Positions 19,038-30,018 of a stretch of DNA of 64,000 nucleotides are shown piece by piece. The DNA comes from Sedimentisphaerales bacterium (GTDB taxonomy: Bacteria > Planctomycetota > Phycisphaerae > Sedimentisphaerales > SM23-30). The stretch spans positions 64,001-128,000 of the forward strand of contig CAXXFK010000007.1 in assembly GCA_963663965.2 (NCBI GenBank), read 5' to 3'. The notes beneath the pieces were generated by a model that was not told the DNA's origin, ran no database searches, and saw nothing but the letters and a program-made list of their open reading frames with translations. Position numbers and translations under genes: made by a program. How positions within the stretch are numbered: position 1 is the first letter of the stretch; each line of letters opens with the position of its first letter.

Positions 19038-20669
19038 ATGGCAGCAAAAAAAATCATATTCGATAACGAAGCCCGCCAGGCCGTTCGCGAAGGCGTTCGT
19101 AAGCTTGCCCGCGCGGTTAAAGTTACCCTGGGGCCGGCCGGCCGCAATGTCGTCATCGAGAAATCCTTCGGCTCGCCGACCGTAACCAAAGATGGCGTTA
19201 CGGTTGCCAAGGAAGTGGAACTGGAAGACGCCTGCGAAAATATTGGCGCCCAGATGGTCAAAGAAGTGGCGTCGAAGACATCCAATGCCGCCGGTGATGG
19301 CACCACGACGGCCACAATTATGGCGGAAGGGATTTTTGAAGAAGGATTGAAAAATGTGGTCGCGGGCGCGAATCCTTCAGAACTCAAGCGCGGCATCGAC
19401 AAGGCGGTCGCAGCCGTCATCGCGAAGTTTCAGGAGATGAGCATTTCGGTTGAATCCAGCAAACAGATTGCCCAGGTGGGGACATGTGCCGCTAATCAGG
19501 ACAGCGAAATCGGCAAAATGATCGCCCAGGCAATGGATAAAGTAGGCAAAGATGGCGTGATTACCATTGAAGAAGGAAAGACGCTGGATACGACTGTCGA
19601 ATTAGTAGAAGGTATGCAGTTTGATCGCGGCTATCTGTCTCCGCATTTTATTACCAATCCGGAAACCATGTCCGTTGAAATGGACAAACCGTTTATTCTG
19701 ATCCACGAAAAGAAAATCTCGACGGTGAAGGATATCGTTCCTTTGTTGGAAAAAATCGCTCAGTCAGGGCGTCCGCTGTTGATTATTGCCGAAGATATTG
19801 AAGGCGAAGCGCTGGCGACTCTGGTAGTGAACAAGCTGCGCGGCACTTTGAATGTGGCCGCGGTAAAGGCGCCCGGCTTTGGCGACCGTCGCAAGGCGAT
19901 GCTGCAGGATATAGCGATTCTAACCGGTGGTCAGGCGATTTTTGAAGATCTTGGCATCAAGCTGGAAAATGTTTCAGTGGCAGATCTGGGTCAGGCGAAA
20001 AAGATTTCGATCGATAAAGACAATACGACCATAATCGAAGGCGCCGGCTCAACCGATGAAATCAAAGGCCGCATCGAACAGATTAAAAACGAGATTGACA
20101 TTACTACCAGTGACTATGATACCGAGAAGTTGCAGGAGCGTCTGGCCAAGCTGGCCGGCGGCGTAGCCCAGATCAATGTGGGCGCTGCAACCGAGGCAGA
20201 GATGAAAGAAAAGAAGGCGCGCGTTGAGGATGCGTTGCATGCCTGTCGCGCCGCGGTTGAAGAAGGCATTCTGCCAGGTGGCGGTACTGCCATGGTCAAA
20301 GCCATTGCCGCGCTGGACAGCGTTAAGGCTTCCGGCGACGAAAAAGTCGGCGTGGATATTATCCGCAGATCGTTATCCGTGCCAATCAAACAGCTGGCCA
20401 TAAATGCCGGTCTGGATGGCTCGATCATTTGCCAGAAAGTTATGGAAGACGGCAAAGCCGATCTGAATTTTGGTTATGATATCATGAAAGGCAAATTTGG
20501 TAATATGATGGACTTTGGTGTGATTGTGCCGACTAAGGTTGAACGCACTGCTTTGCAGAATGCCGCCTCGATTGCTGGCTTGCTGCTGACCACCGACGCC
20601 ATTGTTTCGGAAATCCCTGAAGAGAAAAAAGAAGGCCCGGCCATGCCGCCCGGTGGTGGAATGTACTAG
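19038..20669 (+). CDS. groEL: Chaperonin GroEL
   Basis: [44 protein letters not shown]. Confidence 0.99.
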   Translation: MAAKKIIFDNEARQAVREGVRKLARAVKVTLGPAGRNVVIEKSFGSPTVTKDGVTVAKEVELEDACENIGAQMVKEVASKTSNAAGDGTTTATIMAEGIFEEGLKNVVAGANPSELKRGIDKAVAAVIAKFQEMSISVESSKQIAQVGTCAANQDSEIGKMIAQAMDKVGKDGVITIEEGKTLDTTVELVEGMQFDRGYLSPHFITNPETMSVEMDKPFILIHEKKISTVKDIVPLLEKIAQSGRPLLIIAEDIEGEALATLVVNKLRGTLNVAAVKAPGFGDRRKAMLQDIAILTGGQAIFEDLGIKLENVSVADLGQAKKISIDKDNTTIIEGAGSTDEIKGRIEQIKNEIDITTSDYDTEKLQERLAKLAGGVAQINVGAATEAEMKEKKARVEDALHACRAAVEEGILPGGGTAMVKAIAALDSVKASGDEKVGVDIIRRSLSVPIKQLAINAGLDGSIICQKVMEDGKADLNFGYDIMKGKFGNMMDFGVIVPTKVERTALQNAASIAGLLLTTDAIVSEIPEEKKEGPAMPPGGGMY

Positions 20670-20684
20670 GCCGATGAATCGATT

Positions 20685-20719
20685 AGAAAAGGACGCCCAT
20701 CTCGGCGTCCTTTCTTTTT
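20685..20719 (+). terminator. Rho-independent terminator after groEL
   Basis: AAAAGGACGCC-CATCTC-GGCGTCCTTT followed by a T-tract. Confidence 0.85.
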
Positions 20720-20731
20720 GAGGTTTGTAAT

Positions 20732-21067
20732 ATGATATTTCGTAAGTTCCATTTTAATGTCGGAAGCGGTAACCCTTTTCATTCACAATCCCCAATTTCC
20801 GGATTGCTGGGAGGTGGGATCTCTTCGCTGGTAAGTATTGCCATGACATTAACCGCATTAGGGATATTAATGCTGTTGTTTCCCATTGTATTGGCGATTA
20901 TTGTCGCCAGTCTTTTTTTTGCCATCGCATTTGTTTGCCTGGCCGGCGCCTGGAGGCTGTTTCGTGTCGCGCGTATAGCCGGGCGGCCTCAAAAGCCGGC
21001 CGAAGATGGCTATGTTCAAGTGCAGATCATAGATAATGATGAAAATCGAACGGATTGCCTATTTTGA
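20732..21067 (+). CDS. Hypothetical two-TM membrane protein
   Basis: GAGG RBS, two hydrophobic helices, fills the intergenic space. Confidence 0.65.
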   Translation: MIFRKFHFNVGSGNPFHSQSPISGLLGGGISSLVSIAMTLTALGILMLLFPIVLAIIVASLFFAIAFVCLAGAWRLFRVARIAGRPQKPAEDGYVQVQIIDNDENRTDCLF

Positions 21068-21332
21068 CACAAAATAGGCAGAATATAACGGTTATGATAA
21101 TCGAATAAATCGGCGGTAATAATTTTAGGGGCCCGGGTACTTAAAGTGTGAAATCGGCAATTGACAGCGACGTTATTAATTTGATACCATAAAAACGTGA
21201 ATTGATATATTGTCCTATAGGTAAAAGCCAAGAGAGGAGCCCCCCCCGTTTCAGCCCCCCGCTTTTTGATATCGAATGATAGTAACCGCATACGCGGAAA
21301 AGAGAATTTTTCACCATGTGAAGGAGAATTGT

Positions 21333-21996
21333 ATGAAGAAAATGTTAGTATTGTTGATGGTGTTTGCCATCTGTGGGTCTGCGCTGGCCAATTTCAGCGC
21401 GTCGGTACTGGAAAATGGCAATTATCAAGGCGATATTGAAGCGATGGCCATTACTGGCACGGCCGTGAATTATTATAATTTCAGTAACTGGAACTATAAT
21501 TGGCGCCTGGCCGACTTTGACTCCTGATCGCGCGCACGTATTCCTGATCGACGATGTGAATAGCAGCAGCAATGTCTTTATCGTGCTGGACAGCCGCAAT
21601 GGCAATGGCGGCAGTGTGGACATGAAACTGCAATCCAATTATGCTTTTGAAGTTGTTGTAAAAGATGATACCGGCGGCAATGACACTTATCAGACCATTT
21701 CTGCCACTGAATTTCTGGCCGATTTTACCTGGGGTTCGGCAAAGACCGATGGTTTGGCTCTGAAACTGAGCGGTGCCGCGTTGGCCGCGGACGATTGGTA
21801 TCTGGATATTGTTATGACTTATCCGACCAGCCTGAATACCTGGGGCGCCTATTCTGCCGACAATAACGTTTTGTCCGGTGGGATGGCTAATGGCGCAACG
21901 ATTCGCCTGGCCGCTCCTGCCGCAGTTCCGGCTCCGGGCGCCATCCTGCTGGGTAGCCTGGGTTCCGCCCTCGTTGGCTGGCTGCGTCGCAAATAA
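21333..21996 (+). pseudogene. PEP-CTERM (VPAPGA-type) sorting-domain surface protein, interrupted by a +1 frameshift near 21500
   Basis: AAGGAG RBS and signal peptide MKKMLVLL in one frame; C-terminal VPAPGAILLGSLGSALVGWLRRK in another. Removing one T from TATAATTGGC joins them (NYNGAWPTLTPDR). Confidence 0.8.
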
Positions 21997-22027
21997 TACA
22001 CCTTGCTTATACACAACCCACGATTAC

Positions 22028-22066
22028 CGCACCCGGTATGAGAAATCATGCCGGGTGCGTTTTTTT
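22028..22066 (+). terminator. Rho-independent terminator after the PEP-CTERM gene
   Basis: CGCACCCGGTATGA-GAAA-TCATGCCGGGTGCG followed by TTTTTTT. Confidence 0.85.
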
Positions 22067-22106
22067 GTTTATGCATCTGGCCCGGCAATTTTTAATGTAC
22101 CATTGA

Positions 22107-23549
22107 TCAGAGGCAATATTCGGGGTTTAGCTCGGTTGGTACCGGCGCATGAACCTTTTTTCGCCAGTCCTGGAGAAGGGCGAATAATTCTTGGCATTCT
22201 TGAGGATGCGAGGTGGCCAGATTGATTTTTTCGCCGGGATCATCATGCAGATTATATAATTCCAGATCATTATTCTCAAAGTATTCAATTAGCTTCCAGG
22301 GGCCCATTCGAACTGCCGAACCAGGCCGGCAACGGAAAAGGGGATCCTGAGTTTCGGTATTTCCACCTTCCAGATAAATCGGAAAGTGCCAGAATAACGG
22401 ACGATCAAGTATATTTCCTTTGCCCGTTAGTATGGGTATTAAGCTGACTCCATCGAAAATTTTCCCTTCAGGCTTGGCCAGCCCGGCCGCCTCTAGAAAT
22501 GTTGGATAATAATCGATTCCACAAACAGACGCCTCTGAGGTTGAACCGGGTTTAACCTGTCCGGGCCAGCGTACAATCAGAGGTTCGCGTATACCGCCTT
22601 CATAATAGGAGCCTTTCCCCGCACGCAACGGCCATTGCTTACTGATATTGTATACCCCCCCATTGTCCGAAGTAAACAATATCAGCGTCTTGTTAGAAAG
22701 ATTCAATTCATCCAGCCGGTTCATTACCCGCCCGATATTATCATCCAAAGATTTAATCATTGCGGCGTAAGTGGCATTATGATGCCGGTCGTCTCCCGGT
22801 TTTTGTTTGAAATGGTCAGCGATTGGCGTTTTGGCCTGAAGTGGAGTATGCACGGTATAAAAAGCTAAATTAATAAAGAAAGAATTTTTCTGGTTTGATT
22901 CAATAAAATGTAATGTTTCACTGATCAATCGATCTGTCAGATACTCCCCTGCCGGCCCATCTTCCAGATAATCGTTTTGGTAAGGGCTGAAATAGCTTTT
23001 AGGATGTCCATAAAGACTCCCGCCAATATTAACATCAAATCCCTGGGTACAAGGATCCTGGCCCAAATGCCATTTCCCGACATGGCAAGTGGTATACCCC
23101 CCCGCCTTTAGCGCTTCAGCCAGAGTCAGGGTGTCATCATCTAAAACGGTTTTATTGGGTGTGGGGATTAACTTGCGGTCACGGGCCTTACCGCGTTCTG
23201 AAGAATCGACGGTATAAATGCCATGTCGAGGGGCGTACTGTCCCGAAAAACAGCAGGCCCGGCTGGGGGCGCAGTTTGCCGCAGGCGCATAGGCATTGGT
23301 AAATACCATCCCCTGTGAAGCGAGGTGATCGATATTGGGTGTTTCATAATATCGGCTGCCCATAAATCCAGTATCAGTCCATCCCATATCGTCAACATTG
23401 ATATAGATGATATTTGGGCGTTTATGAATCTGGTGGATTGTGTTTTGTCGACACCCCAACAATAGTCCGGCGCAACCAATGCCCGCTCGACGGATAAAGA
23501 GACGGCGGTCTATACGGATGCGCTTTTTATCATCCATATCTGATCTCAT
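22107..23549 (-). CDS. Formylglycine-dependent sulfatase (S1 family), Tat-exported, possibly a lipoprotein
   Basis: RRLFI Tat motif and LLLGC; PNIIYINVDDMG, CAPSR (CxPxR), GKWHLG, SDNGG, GKGSYYEGGIR. Confidence 0.93.
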   Translation of the reverse strand: MRSDMDDKKRIRIDRRLFIRRAGIGCAGLLLGCRQNTIHQIHKRPNIIYINVDDMGWTDTGFMGSRYYETPNIDHLASQGMVFTNAYAPAANCAPSRACCFSGQYAPRHGIYTVDSSERGKARDRKLIPTPNKTVLDDDTLTLAEALKAGGYTTCHVGKWHLGQDPCTQGFDVNIGGSLYGHPKSYFSPYQNDYLEDGPAGEYLTDRLISETLHFIESNQKNSFFINLAFYTVHTPLQAKTPIADHFKQKPGDDRHHNATYAAMIKSLDDNIGRVMNRLDELNLSNKTLILFTSDNGGVYNISKQWPLRAGKGSYYEGGIREPLIVRWPGQVKPGSTSEASVCGIDYYPTFLEAAGLAKPEGKIFDGVSLIPILTGKGNILDRPLFWHFPIYLEGGNTETQDPLFRCRPGSAVRMGPWKLIEYFENNDLELYNLHDDPGEKINLATSHPQECQELFALLQDWRKKVHAPVPTELNPEYCL

Positions 23550-23597
23550 TTCTGGTTCTTAATCATTATTCTCTCAATTCATTTTAGTTCAATAATG

Positions 23598-26209
23598 TTA
23601 CTTAGCCGGCTCTGGCGGTTTTTCAGCTGCCGGCGGTGTGGCGGCGGGAGGATTCGCCGGGGGAGCCGCTTTTTCTTTTTCCGGCTGGGCCGGGGGAGGC
23701 GTTGCCGGCTGAGCTTGTGGTTGGGCCGCGGGAGGGGCCGCAGCCGGAGCGGCAGCCGGAGCGGGAGCCGCCTGAGGCGCTGGTTTCTGCTTCACCTCAG
23801 GTTCTGGCTGCTGAGGAACCGGCAGCTCTTGTTCAAGTTCCTGAATGGTTTTTATTGTGTTAATGAGCAAGTCGCTTGAACCGTTACGGCCTTCCAGGTC
23901 GCGGTACGGAGGGGTGGCCAGCTCTGTTTCTGGCCTCAGGAAATTGGAATGATGCGCGTCATTGGGTTTGATAATACTCATGGAGCGCTGCGCGTTGGTC
24001 ATGTTGAGCATTTCCTGCGTATTTTCCAGGATATGGGGTGTTATGAAAATCAGCATTTCTGTTTTGATAAACTGACGCTTGGAATATTTAAATAATTCAC
24101 CGATCAAAGGGATATCGCCCAGTAGTGGAACCTTGTCCTCATTCACGACCTGTTTGTTTCCGGTGAATCCGCCGAGGCACACGGTCTGGCCGTCTTTGAC
24201 GCGAACCGACATATTCGCCTGGCGTCGAACAATAATCTGTGGATCGAAATCACGAGAAATCTGGAAGGTTTCCGCGCTGATATCATCAATACTCTGGATA
24301 ATTTCGAGGGTTACAAAGTCGTCCGGGTGAATCTCCGGCGTGACTTCCAGTGTCGTGGCAACCGAGGCGTATTCAACCTGGCTGCTGCTGCTGACGCCTT
24401 CAGGACTGACAACGATTTTCTTGAGAAACGGCACATCATTGCCCATGGTGATTTTGGCTTTAATCCGGTCCTTGGTAGTCAGATGCGGCCGTGAAATAAT
24501 TTCGACCTTGCCCGAAGTCATCATCGCGTGCAGAAACGCGTTGAGATTCTCGCTGATGATCTGATAATTCAAACCCACGGAGTCAACCGAAGAGGTCACG
24601 CGGCGTTCCGTTTTAAAGTCGGTCCAGAGCGTCTGTGGAATGGTCTGGTCTTCAAACTCCAGGTCGCCGACGTATTTCCAATCGACGCCCAGCTCGAGGT
24701 CATCGTCGTAAGATACCTGGGTAATAAAAACTTCAATGAAGACCATTTTGGTGGGCAGATCCAGCTTGCCGATCATTTCCAGAATTTTTGGAAAATTTCG
24801 CGAAAAGGTATAAATCAACAGGCCATTATGTTCTTCGTCGGGAACAATGGTCAATTCAGACGCTTCCACCAGGGAAATGGCCCGGCTCAGGCGTTCGACC
24901 AGCGTGGTGTCCTCCACTCTCGACGCTTGAAGCGAGCTGCGGATTTTGGCAAGGGTCTGATCTTCGGAGGCGGCGGTTTCTTCTGGGGTTTGCTTTTCTT
25001 CCTGGGGCGCCTTGGCGGTAGAATAAATTTGTTGCAGCAACTTGGCGGCGTTAGCGGCTTTGGTATAACTTAGTGGAATATAGCGCAATTCTCGCTTGTC
25101 TATATCAAATTGAGTTTTCAGTTCGCTGACTTTTTGAAAATAGATTTATCGTAGCTGGAAACGATCAGGATATTATTGGGTGCGGTTGCCGAAACGAATT
25201 TATCCAGCAAAGAGGTTTCGCTTTGCAGGATGCGGGCGAAATCTTCCGCGCTGATGAATTCCAGTTCAAGATATTCCCGAAACAAGGGAGGTTTAGGAGG
25301 CGGTGGCGGAGCGATATCCATTTCTCGAACCATGGCTTCAATTTCTTTTACGATGGGCTCGGGGGCCTCCACGATAATTTTTTTGACATTGGGTATCCGG
25401 GTTATCAGGCTGGCCTTACGCACGCGCTCTTCGGGATTGGCGTCGGTGTCTGTCAGATAGACTTCGCGCAAATACGTCAGTATTTCTTCCATTTTTTCTT
25501 CTTCAAGATTGACAAATGGAATGATCTGGCGAATCGGTTCGGCCGCAACGGGTAACACGCCCGAAGTCTCTGATATTAAAACGCCGGGGGCGGTGGTATT
25601 GGCGCCATTGGCGACTTTTTTATTGGAGGGCACATCGAGAAATTCTTTGACATATTTTTCCATGTCATTCACGATGGCCTTGGGCGCGCGCACCAGAATG
25701 CCGCCTTGAGGATGAACCTCAATAAATTTAGGCCGGCGCGCGGCGGCTTCGGTGCCTTCCGCCGTATCGCTCATATACTTTACGTTTAAGAGTTTGACCA
25801 CTTCCTGCGGATCGGCGATCTTCAACTCGATCACATAATCGATCACATCCTGTACCGGCACGATCTGGACGATTTTGCCATTGAACTGACACGCCCGCCC
25901 CTGCTTGGCCAGCACTTCATTCAATAGTTGCAACATGCCTTGAAAGTCAACTTTTTCTTTGCTGACGAGCGTAACCGGCGCGCCGACGGTATCGATGCCT
26001 TCGAACTGAACATGATATATTTCCGTGAGCATGGGAAAGAGCTCTTTCGCGGGCAATTCCGGGTAATATAAACTGGCCCGAATCGCCTGTTCAGGGTTGT
26101 TCGGTTGGGCCGGGTCGGCAGGTTTTTCTTGCGCGGATAACAGGTTAATTCCCAGGGTGAGCGCCAGTATGACTATGGGCGCCAAGGGATATTTTTTTTC
26201 GATACACAT
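23598..26209 (-). pseudogene. gspD: Type II secretion/type IV pilus secretin (GspD/PilQ-like), split by a 1-bp frameshift at 25131-25135
   Basis: Signal peptide and N-domains in ORF 25118..26209; secretin core (LEVTPEI, VKDGQTVCLGG, KVPLLGDIPLIGELFK, EMLIFITPHI) in ORF 23598..25088. One extra A in TTCAAAAAGTC gives continuous ...IFKKVSELKTQFDIDKRELRYIPL. Confidence 0.85.
23600..23825 (-). repeat. Low-complexity Pro/Ala/Gln-rich C-terminal tail of the secretin
   Basis: APQAAPAPAAAPAAAPPAAQPQAQPATPPPAQP; imperfect GCAGCCGGAGCG repeats. Confidence 0.7.
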
Positions 26210-26214
26210 TGTGA

Positions 26215-26850
26215 TTACTCCTGAGACATTTTGAAATCGGAACTGCCCGGGATGCTCAAAAAGCGGCATGCATGCTTTATCGTTTTGCCTTGTTGATATT
26301 CCATAACCACGGCAAACAGCAAATTGGCGTCAGTATCCGGGGGCTCCTGCCAATCGAGAAATAATATATAACAATCGAGCAGCCGGGTCCGGGCCCAGAA
26401 ACGATTTAACTCGTAAGGCTCCAGTTGCCACATCCGCAACAAGCCGGATGGATCCAGCGGCTGGCTGGTATGCGGGTGGCGGTATAGACAAATCGTTAAA
26501 CGCCCGCTGGCGATAGGAATGCTTTTGGAATCTTTATTAAGGGGGGCAATGGATAAAACATAACCATCCTGACCGGCCGGGGGCTTGAAATCCTGCATGC
26601 TCATCATAGAGCCCAAGACCAGGTCTTGTACTAAATCGTTTGAATCATATTGATCGCGATAGGGCCCCATGCACAGGCTGCAAATTGCCGGATCCGGATT
26701 GATCGGGGTGATAATCCCATTTTCGTAACGCAGCGGGCCGGCCGGCCGGGTTACCCGGGGACCGCACCCCCCCGCTGACCATAACAAAAATCCGCAGATC
26801 ATGACTGTTGCCAGGTATTTGAGATTAATATGGTTTGATTGGCTGGTCAT
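26215..26850 (-). CDS. Putative lipoprotein in the secretin operon (pilotin candidate)
   Basis: Hydrophobic signal with SAGGC lipobox-like motif; immediately upstream of the secretin. Confidence 0.6.
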   Translation of the reverse strand: MTSQSNHINLKYLATVMICGFLLWSAGGCGPRVTRPAGPLRYENGIITPINPDPAICSLCMGPYRDQYDSNDLVQDLVLGSMMSMQDFKPPAGQDGYVLSIAPLNKDSKSIPIASGRLTICLYRHPHTSQPLDPSGLLRMWQLEPYELNRFWARTRLLDCYILFLDWQEPPDTDANLLFAVVMEYQQGKTIKHACRFLSIPGSSDFKMSQE

Positions 26851-26906
26851 TTTATGAAAGATCAATTCTATGGACGGTGTTTCTTGCGTGCCTTCCGCCA
26901 AAACAG

Positions 26907-27641
26907 TCAAGGCATAATTTTCTTTGAGCTTGGTTCCAGATCAAATTCAAATCCATCTTCAAAACGCAACCACATTTTCCCGTTTTCTATTCGGACAATG
27001 GTCGCGTTCCCCAGTTTTTCACCCGCTTCAACGCGGTGGTATTTCCCGTCAATATATACCGTGGCGTATGCCTTTTCGTCTGTGATTTGTGTGCCGATAA
27101 ATTCATATAAATTACCGAATCCAACCAGCCTGAGCATTGCGTCGTCACTGGTTTCGCCAACATCGATGCGGACTTCTTCAGGGCCATAATCACAAACAAT
27201 ATAGGGGGGGCGCACGTTGATGTGTTTGACTCGTATGAACTCGATATCTTCACCCACGGTCACGGTTCGGCGAATATTGCCGAAAAACAGGTGAGCGCGG
27301 GGCTGGCCGCCAATTTCATCAATGGCGCTCAATTTAAAAGGGCGTGTCAAACGTTTCAGGCGCGGTTCTGTGACTCCCACCTGTGTTGAAATCACCGGCT
27401 CGGGGGGAAGTTCCCGCCCCGGACGAAACATATTTTTTTGCACGATGGCATTGATCATTTGATTAGCGGTTAATTCCTGGGCTGGCTCTGCTGATTGTGG
27501 CGTGGCAGCCGGGGAACTGGCCGGTTCGGATTGGGGAGCCTCTGCCGGAGAGTCGGGCGCCTGGGCCGCGGTTACGTGGGCAAGGAGCAGTAATCCAAGC
27601 GACAGGCGATAAAAGTAGATGTTATGTTGCTTATTTGGCAT
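26907..27641 (-). CDS. GspC/PilP-like protein
   Basis: N-terminal hydrophobic segment, Pro-rich linker, IVQKNMFRP motif and two HR-like beta domains (YHRVEAGEKLGNATIVRIE). Start uncertain (27641 or 27683). Confidence 0.6.
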   Translation of the reverse strand: MPNKQHNIYFYRLSLGLLLLAHVTAAQAPDSPAEAPQSEPASSPAATPQSAEPAQELTANQMINAIVQKNMFRPGRELPPEPVISTQVGVTEPRLKRLTRPFKLSAIDEIGGQPRAHLFFGNIRRTVTVGEDIEFIRVKHINVRPPYIVCDYGPEEVRIDVGETSDDAMLRLVGFGNLYEFIGTQITDEKAYATVYIDGKYHRVEAGEKLGNATIVRIENGKMWLRFEDGFEFDLEPSSKKIMP

Positions 27642-27657
27642 GTTTTGTTCGCTAGAT

Positions 27658-28254
27658 TTATGGTAAGGGAGACGATGTTTCAAGCGGAGTCATTTCTGAT
27701 TTTATGGTCGGGATAGTTACCACTACCAGCACGGTCAATGGCTTGGTGCCGGTTGGCGCGGTGGCAAAGCGCTGTCGATATCCACTGGCGCTGCGTGTAA
27801 CTTCCAATTTGTCCACTCGTAATAACCGGGTTGATTTGTCCAGTTTGGTGATAAAATGTAAGAGGTCTTCCAGGTGGGCCGAAAAGCGCAACTCATAACT
27901 GAGTTCCAGAAACGCCGTACTACCTGGCAAGGGGCGTTCGCTTGGCGCGCCCAGATTGTCAAAATCAAATTCGCGCTCGGCTTCCAAGCCGTCCAGATAC
28001 GCCGAAAACTTGGTCCGGCGGTCTTCTTGAGATTCATTTTGAAAGGCGCTGATCGAATTCCACTTATCCAGATAATGTTTATTGTCTCGTATCTGCTGTA
28101 TTAATTCATCCTGGCGGAGCTGGGTGTAATGAATTTCTTCATCCATGCCCTTGAGAAAGTCTATCATGGCGTCCGCAACCAGCTTGCCACAAATGCCTAT
28201 GGCGGTCAGGGCAATTAAGACAATGAGAATAAGTTTGTGTCTGCCGGTTTTCAG
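27658..28254 (-). CDS. GspM/PilO-like inner-membrane protein, CTG start
   Basis: AGGAG RBS 6 nt before a CTG that overlaps the upstream TGA. Adds MKTGRHK plus a TM helix to the track ORF; LLHFITKLDKSTRLLRVDKLEV is PilO/GspM-like. Confidence 0.7.
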   Translation of the reverse strand: MKTGRHKLILIVLIALTAIGICGKLVADAMIDFLKGMDEEIHYTQLRQDELIQQIRDNKHYLDKWNSISAFQNESQEDRRTKFSAYLDGLEAEREFDFDNLGAPSERPLPGSTAFLELSYELRFSAHLEDLLHFITKLDKSTRLLRVDKLEVTRSASGYRQRFATAPTGTKPLTVLVVVTIPTIKSEMTPLETSSPLP

Positions 28255-29753
28255 GGTTTACTCCTGGTGGTTTTTAAATTGCATCCCACGGAAAAACTCA
28301 AGGGATAGAGTGTGTCATTTTCATCTCTCGTACGCGGTCCGATCTGAGCGGCGTCTTGAAACCGGCTGGATTGGTTCAGGTCATTGATCAGTTGGGTGCC
28401 CAGTTCAGCCTGGTTGGCCCGAACGGTAACGACGACTTGTTTGTTGTCACTGCCGGGCGGGATAGATTGGGTCAATGTCAAATTGGCAATAAAGGCATCG
28501 CGGGTTTCGGGCATGAGCTGATTAATTTCGTAAAGGATCCGAAGATATTCAACCCGTGAACCATTCATTTCTGCCGGCAAATAAGAACTGAACAATTCCC
28601 AGGTCTGTTTGCTTTGCATAATATTGTTTAATTCGGGTTCCAGCTGGCTGATCTGGCCTTTTAGCTGACGCAAATGAGCCATTTTCTGGTCCAGAATGCT
28701 TAACCATAACCCCCCCCCCACCAGAATCAGGGTTACTACAGCGGCGATTAAAGGCGTCCAGGAGAATTTTTTCTTTTCAATATGGCGGCCATGTGGATGT
28801 AGAAAATCGAACCAGACGACGCTGGAAGAGAGACCGTCCAGCGCCGCCCCAATGGCAGGCACATAGTCTACTTTGTTGGGTATTTTTTCGCTTGCGCCAG
28901 CAAAACGGATGCCGGCGCCTGCCTTACAAAGTGTTACCGGCATACTGAGTTTTTGCTGCAAAACAGCCAGGCTCTCTTCATTCGGTTCCTGGTGGCTGGT
29001 CAGATAGAGGTGTTCCGGCTTGGGCCTGCCATGGTGGAGTTTGAGGGTATTAAAAATTCGAGGTATTTGATCATGAAGGGCGCTGAATACATTGTCATTC
29101 TGGTCAAAATGGATCGTTTGCAATGCGACCAAACCATGGCCGTCCATAATAGCTACGTAAGCGCGGGAGGATTCGCAATAGACTACGGCAATATTATTGC
29201 GCGGATCTTTTTTCCAATTGAACAGGAGGCCATTAATGCTGGCGACTGAACGCAATTCCAGCGAATGCAGTTTGATCCCCCCCGCGGTTGCCAGATCACG
29301 GCAAAATGTAACGACTGAATCCCGAACTGCCCCCACCAATATCGTGTCGTCAATATTTTGTTCTAAACGATTATTGATTTTGGCGGCGCCAAACCATAAA
29401 TCAAAAGTTAATTCATTGGAAGGCCCTGCGATCGTCTGGCGTGAAAGGGAAATGATTCGTTCGACAATATTGCGGTTAATATGGGTTTTCCCTTTGGGAA
29501 GATCCAGGTCGCCGGCAGAAAATCGCTTGATAAAACAAAGCCGATGAGGCAAAGTCATAACGGCGGGTTGGTTTTGCAGCCCTTTTTCTTGTAGGGCCTC
29601 ACCCAACATCCGGCCAAGCAAAATCGGTTCAGTTGACTGCTCCAGGCTGAAAGGAAGCTCCAATAGTCGATCCAGAATATAGCGGCTCCCCCGCCGTTTC
29701 ATGCTGACGACTTTTATGGAATTATCGGCAATGTCGATTCCAAGTATGCTCAT
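28251..29753 (-). CDS. GspL / PilM-PilN fusion-like protein
   Basis: ILGIDIADNSIKVV actin-like PilM N-terminus, PAIGAAL, TM helix, coiled coil and PilN-like periplasmic domain. Confidence 0.75.
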   Translation of the reverse strand: MSILGIDIADNSIKVVSMKRRGSRYILDRLLELPFSLEQSTEPILLGRMLGEALQEKGLQNQPAVMTLPHRLCFIKRFSAGDLDLPKGKTHINRNIVERIISLSRQTIAGPSNELTFDLWFGAAKINNRLEQNIDDTILVGAVRDSVVTFCRDLATAGGIKLHSLELRSVASINGLLFNWKKDPRNNIAVVYCESSRAYVAIMDGHGLVALQTIHFDQNDNVFSALHDQIPRIFNTLKLHHGRPKPEHLYLTSHQEPNEESLAVLQQKLSMPVTLCKAGAGIRFAGASEKIPNKVDYVPAIGAALDGLSSSVVWFDFLHPHGRHIEKKKFSWTPLIAAVVTLILVGGGLWLSILDQKMAHLRQLKGQISQLEPELNNIMQSKQTWELFSSYLPAEMNGSRVEYLRILYEINQLMPETRDAFIANLTLTQSIPPGSDNKQVVVTVRANQAELGTQLINDLNQSSRFQDAAQIGPRTRDENDTLYPLSFSVGCNLKTTRSKP

Positions 29754-30018
29754 ACTGTCTGGATTTTCAGTTCAATCCGTAATCTTTTTTTATGCATAGC
29801 CGGGCTGGTTGTTTGGGCTATTTTTATTCTTGATTGAATAACTCATGAATAGTATGGATGATTGCTTGTGATGCCAAAATCAATGGGTGAGTTATCCATC
29901 CGACATCAACAAATCGATATTTTTTGTGATCATACTATTAATAATTGTAGTGAGTATGCGTCGGTGACCCTTGTTGAGCCCCCCCGTTTACAATCCGGGA
30001 TTTAATTATTTATTCAAA

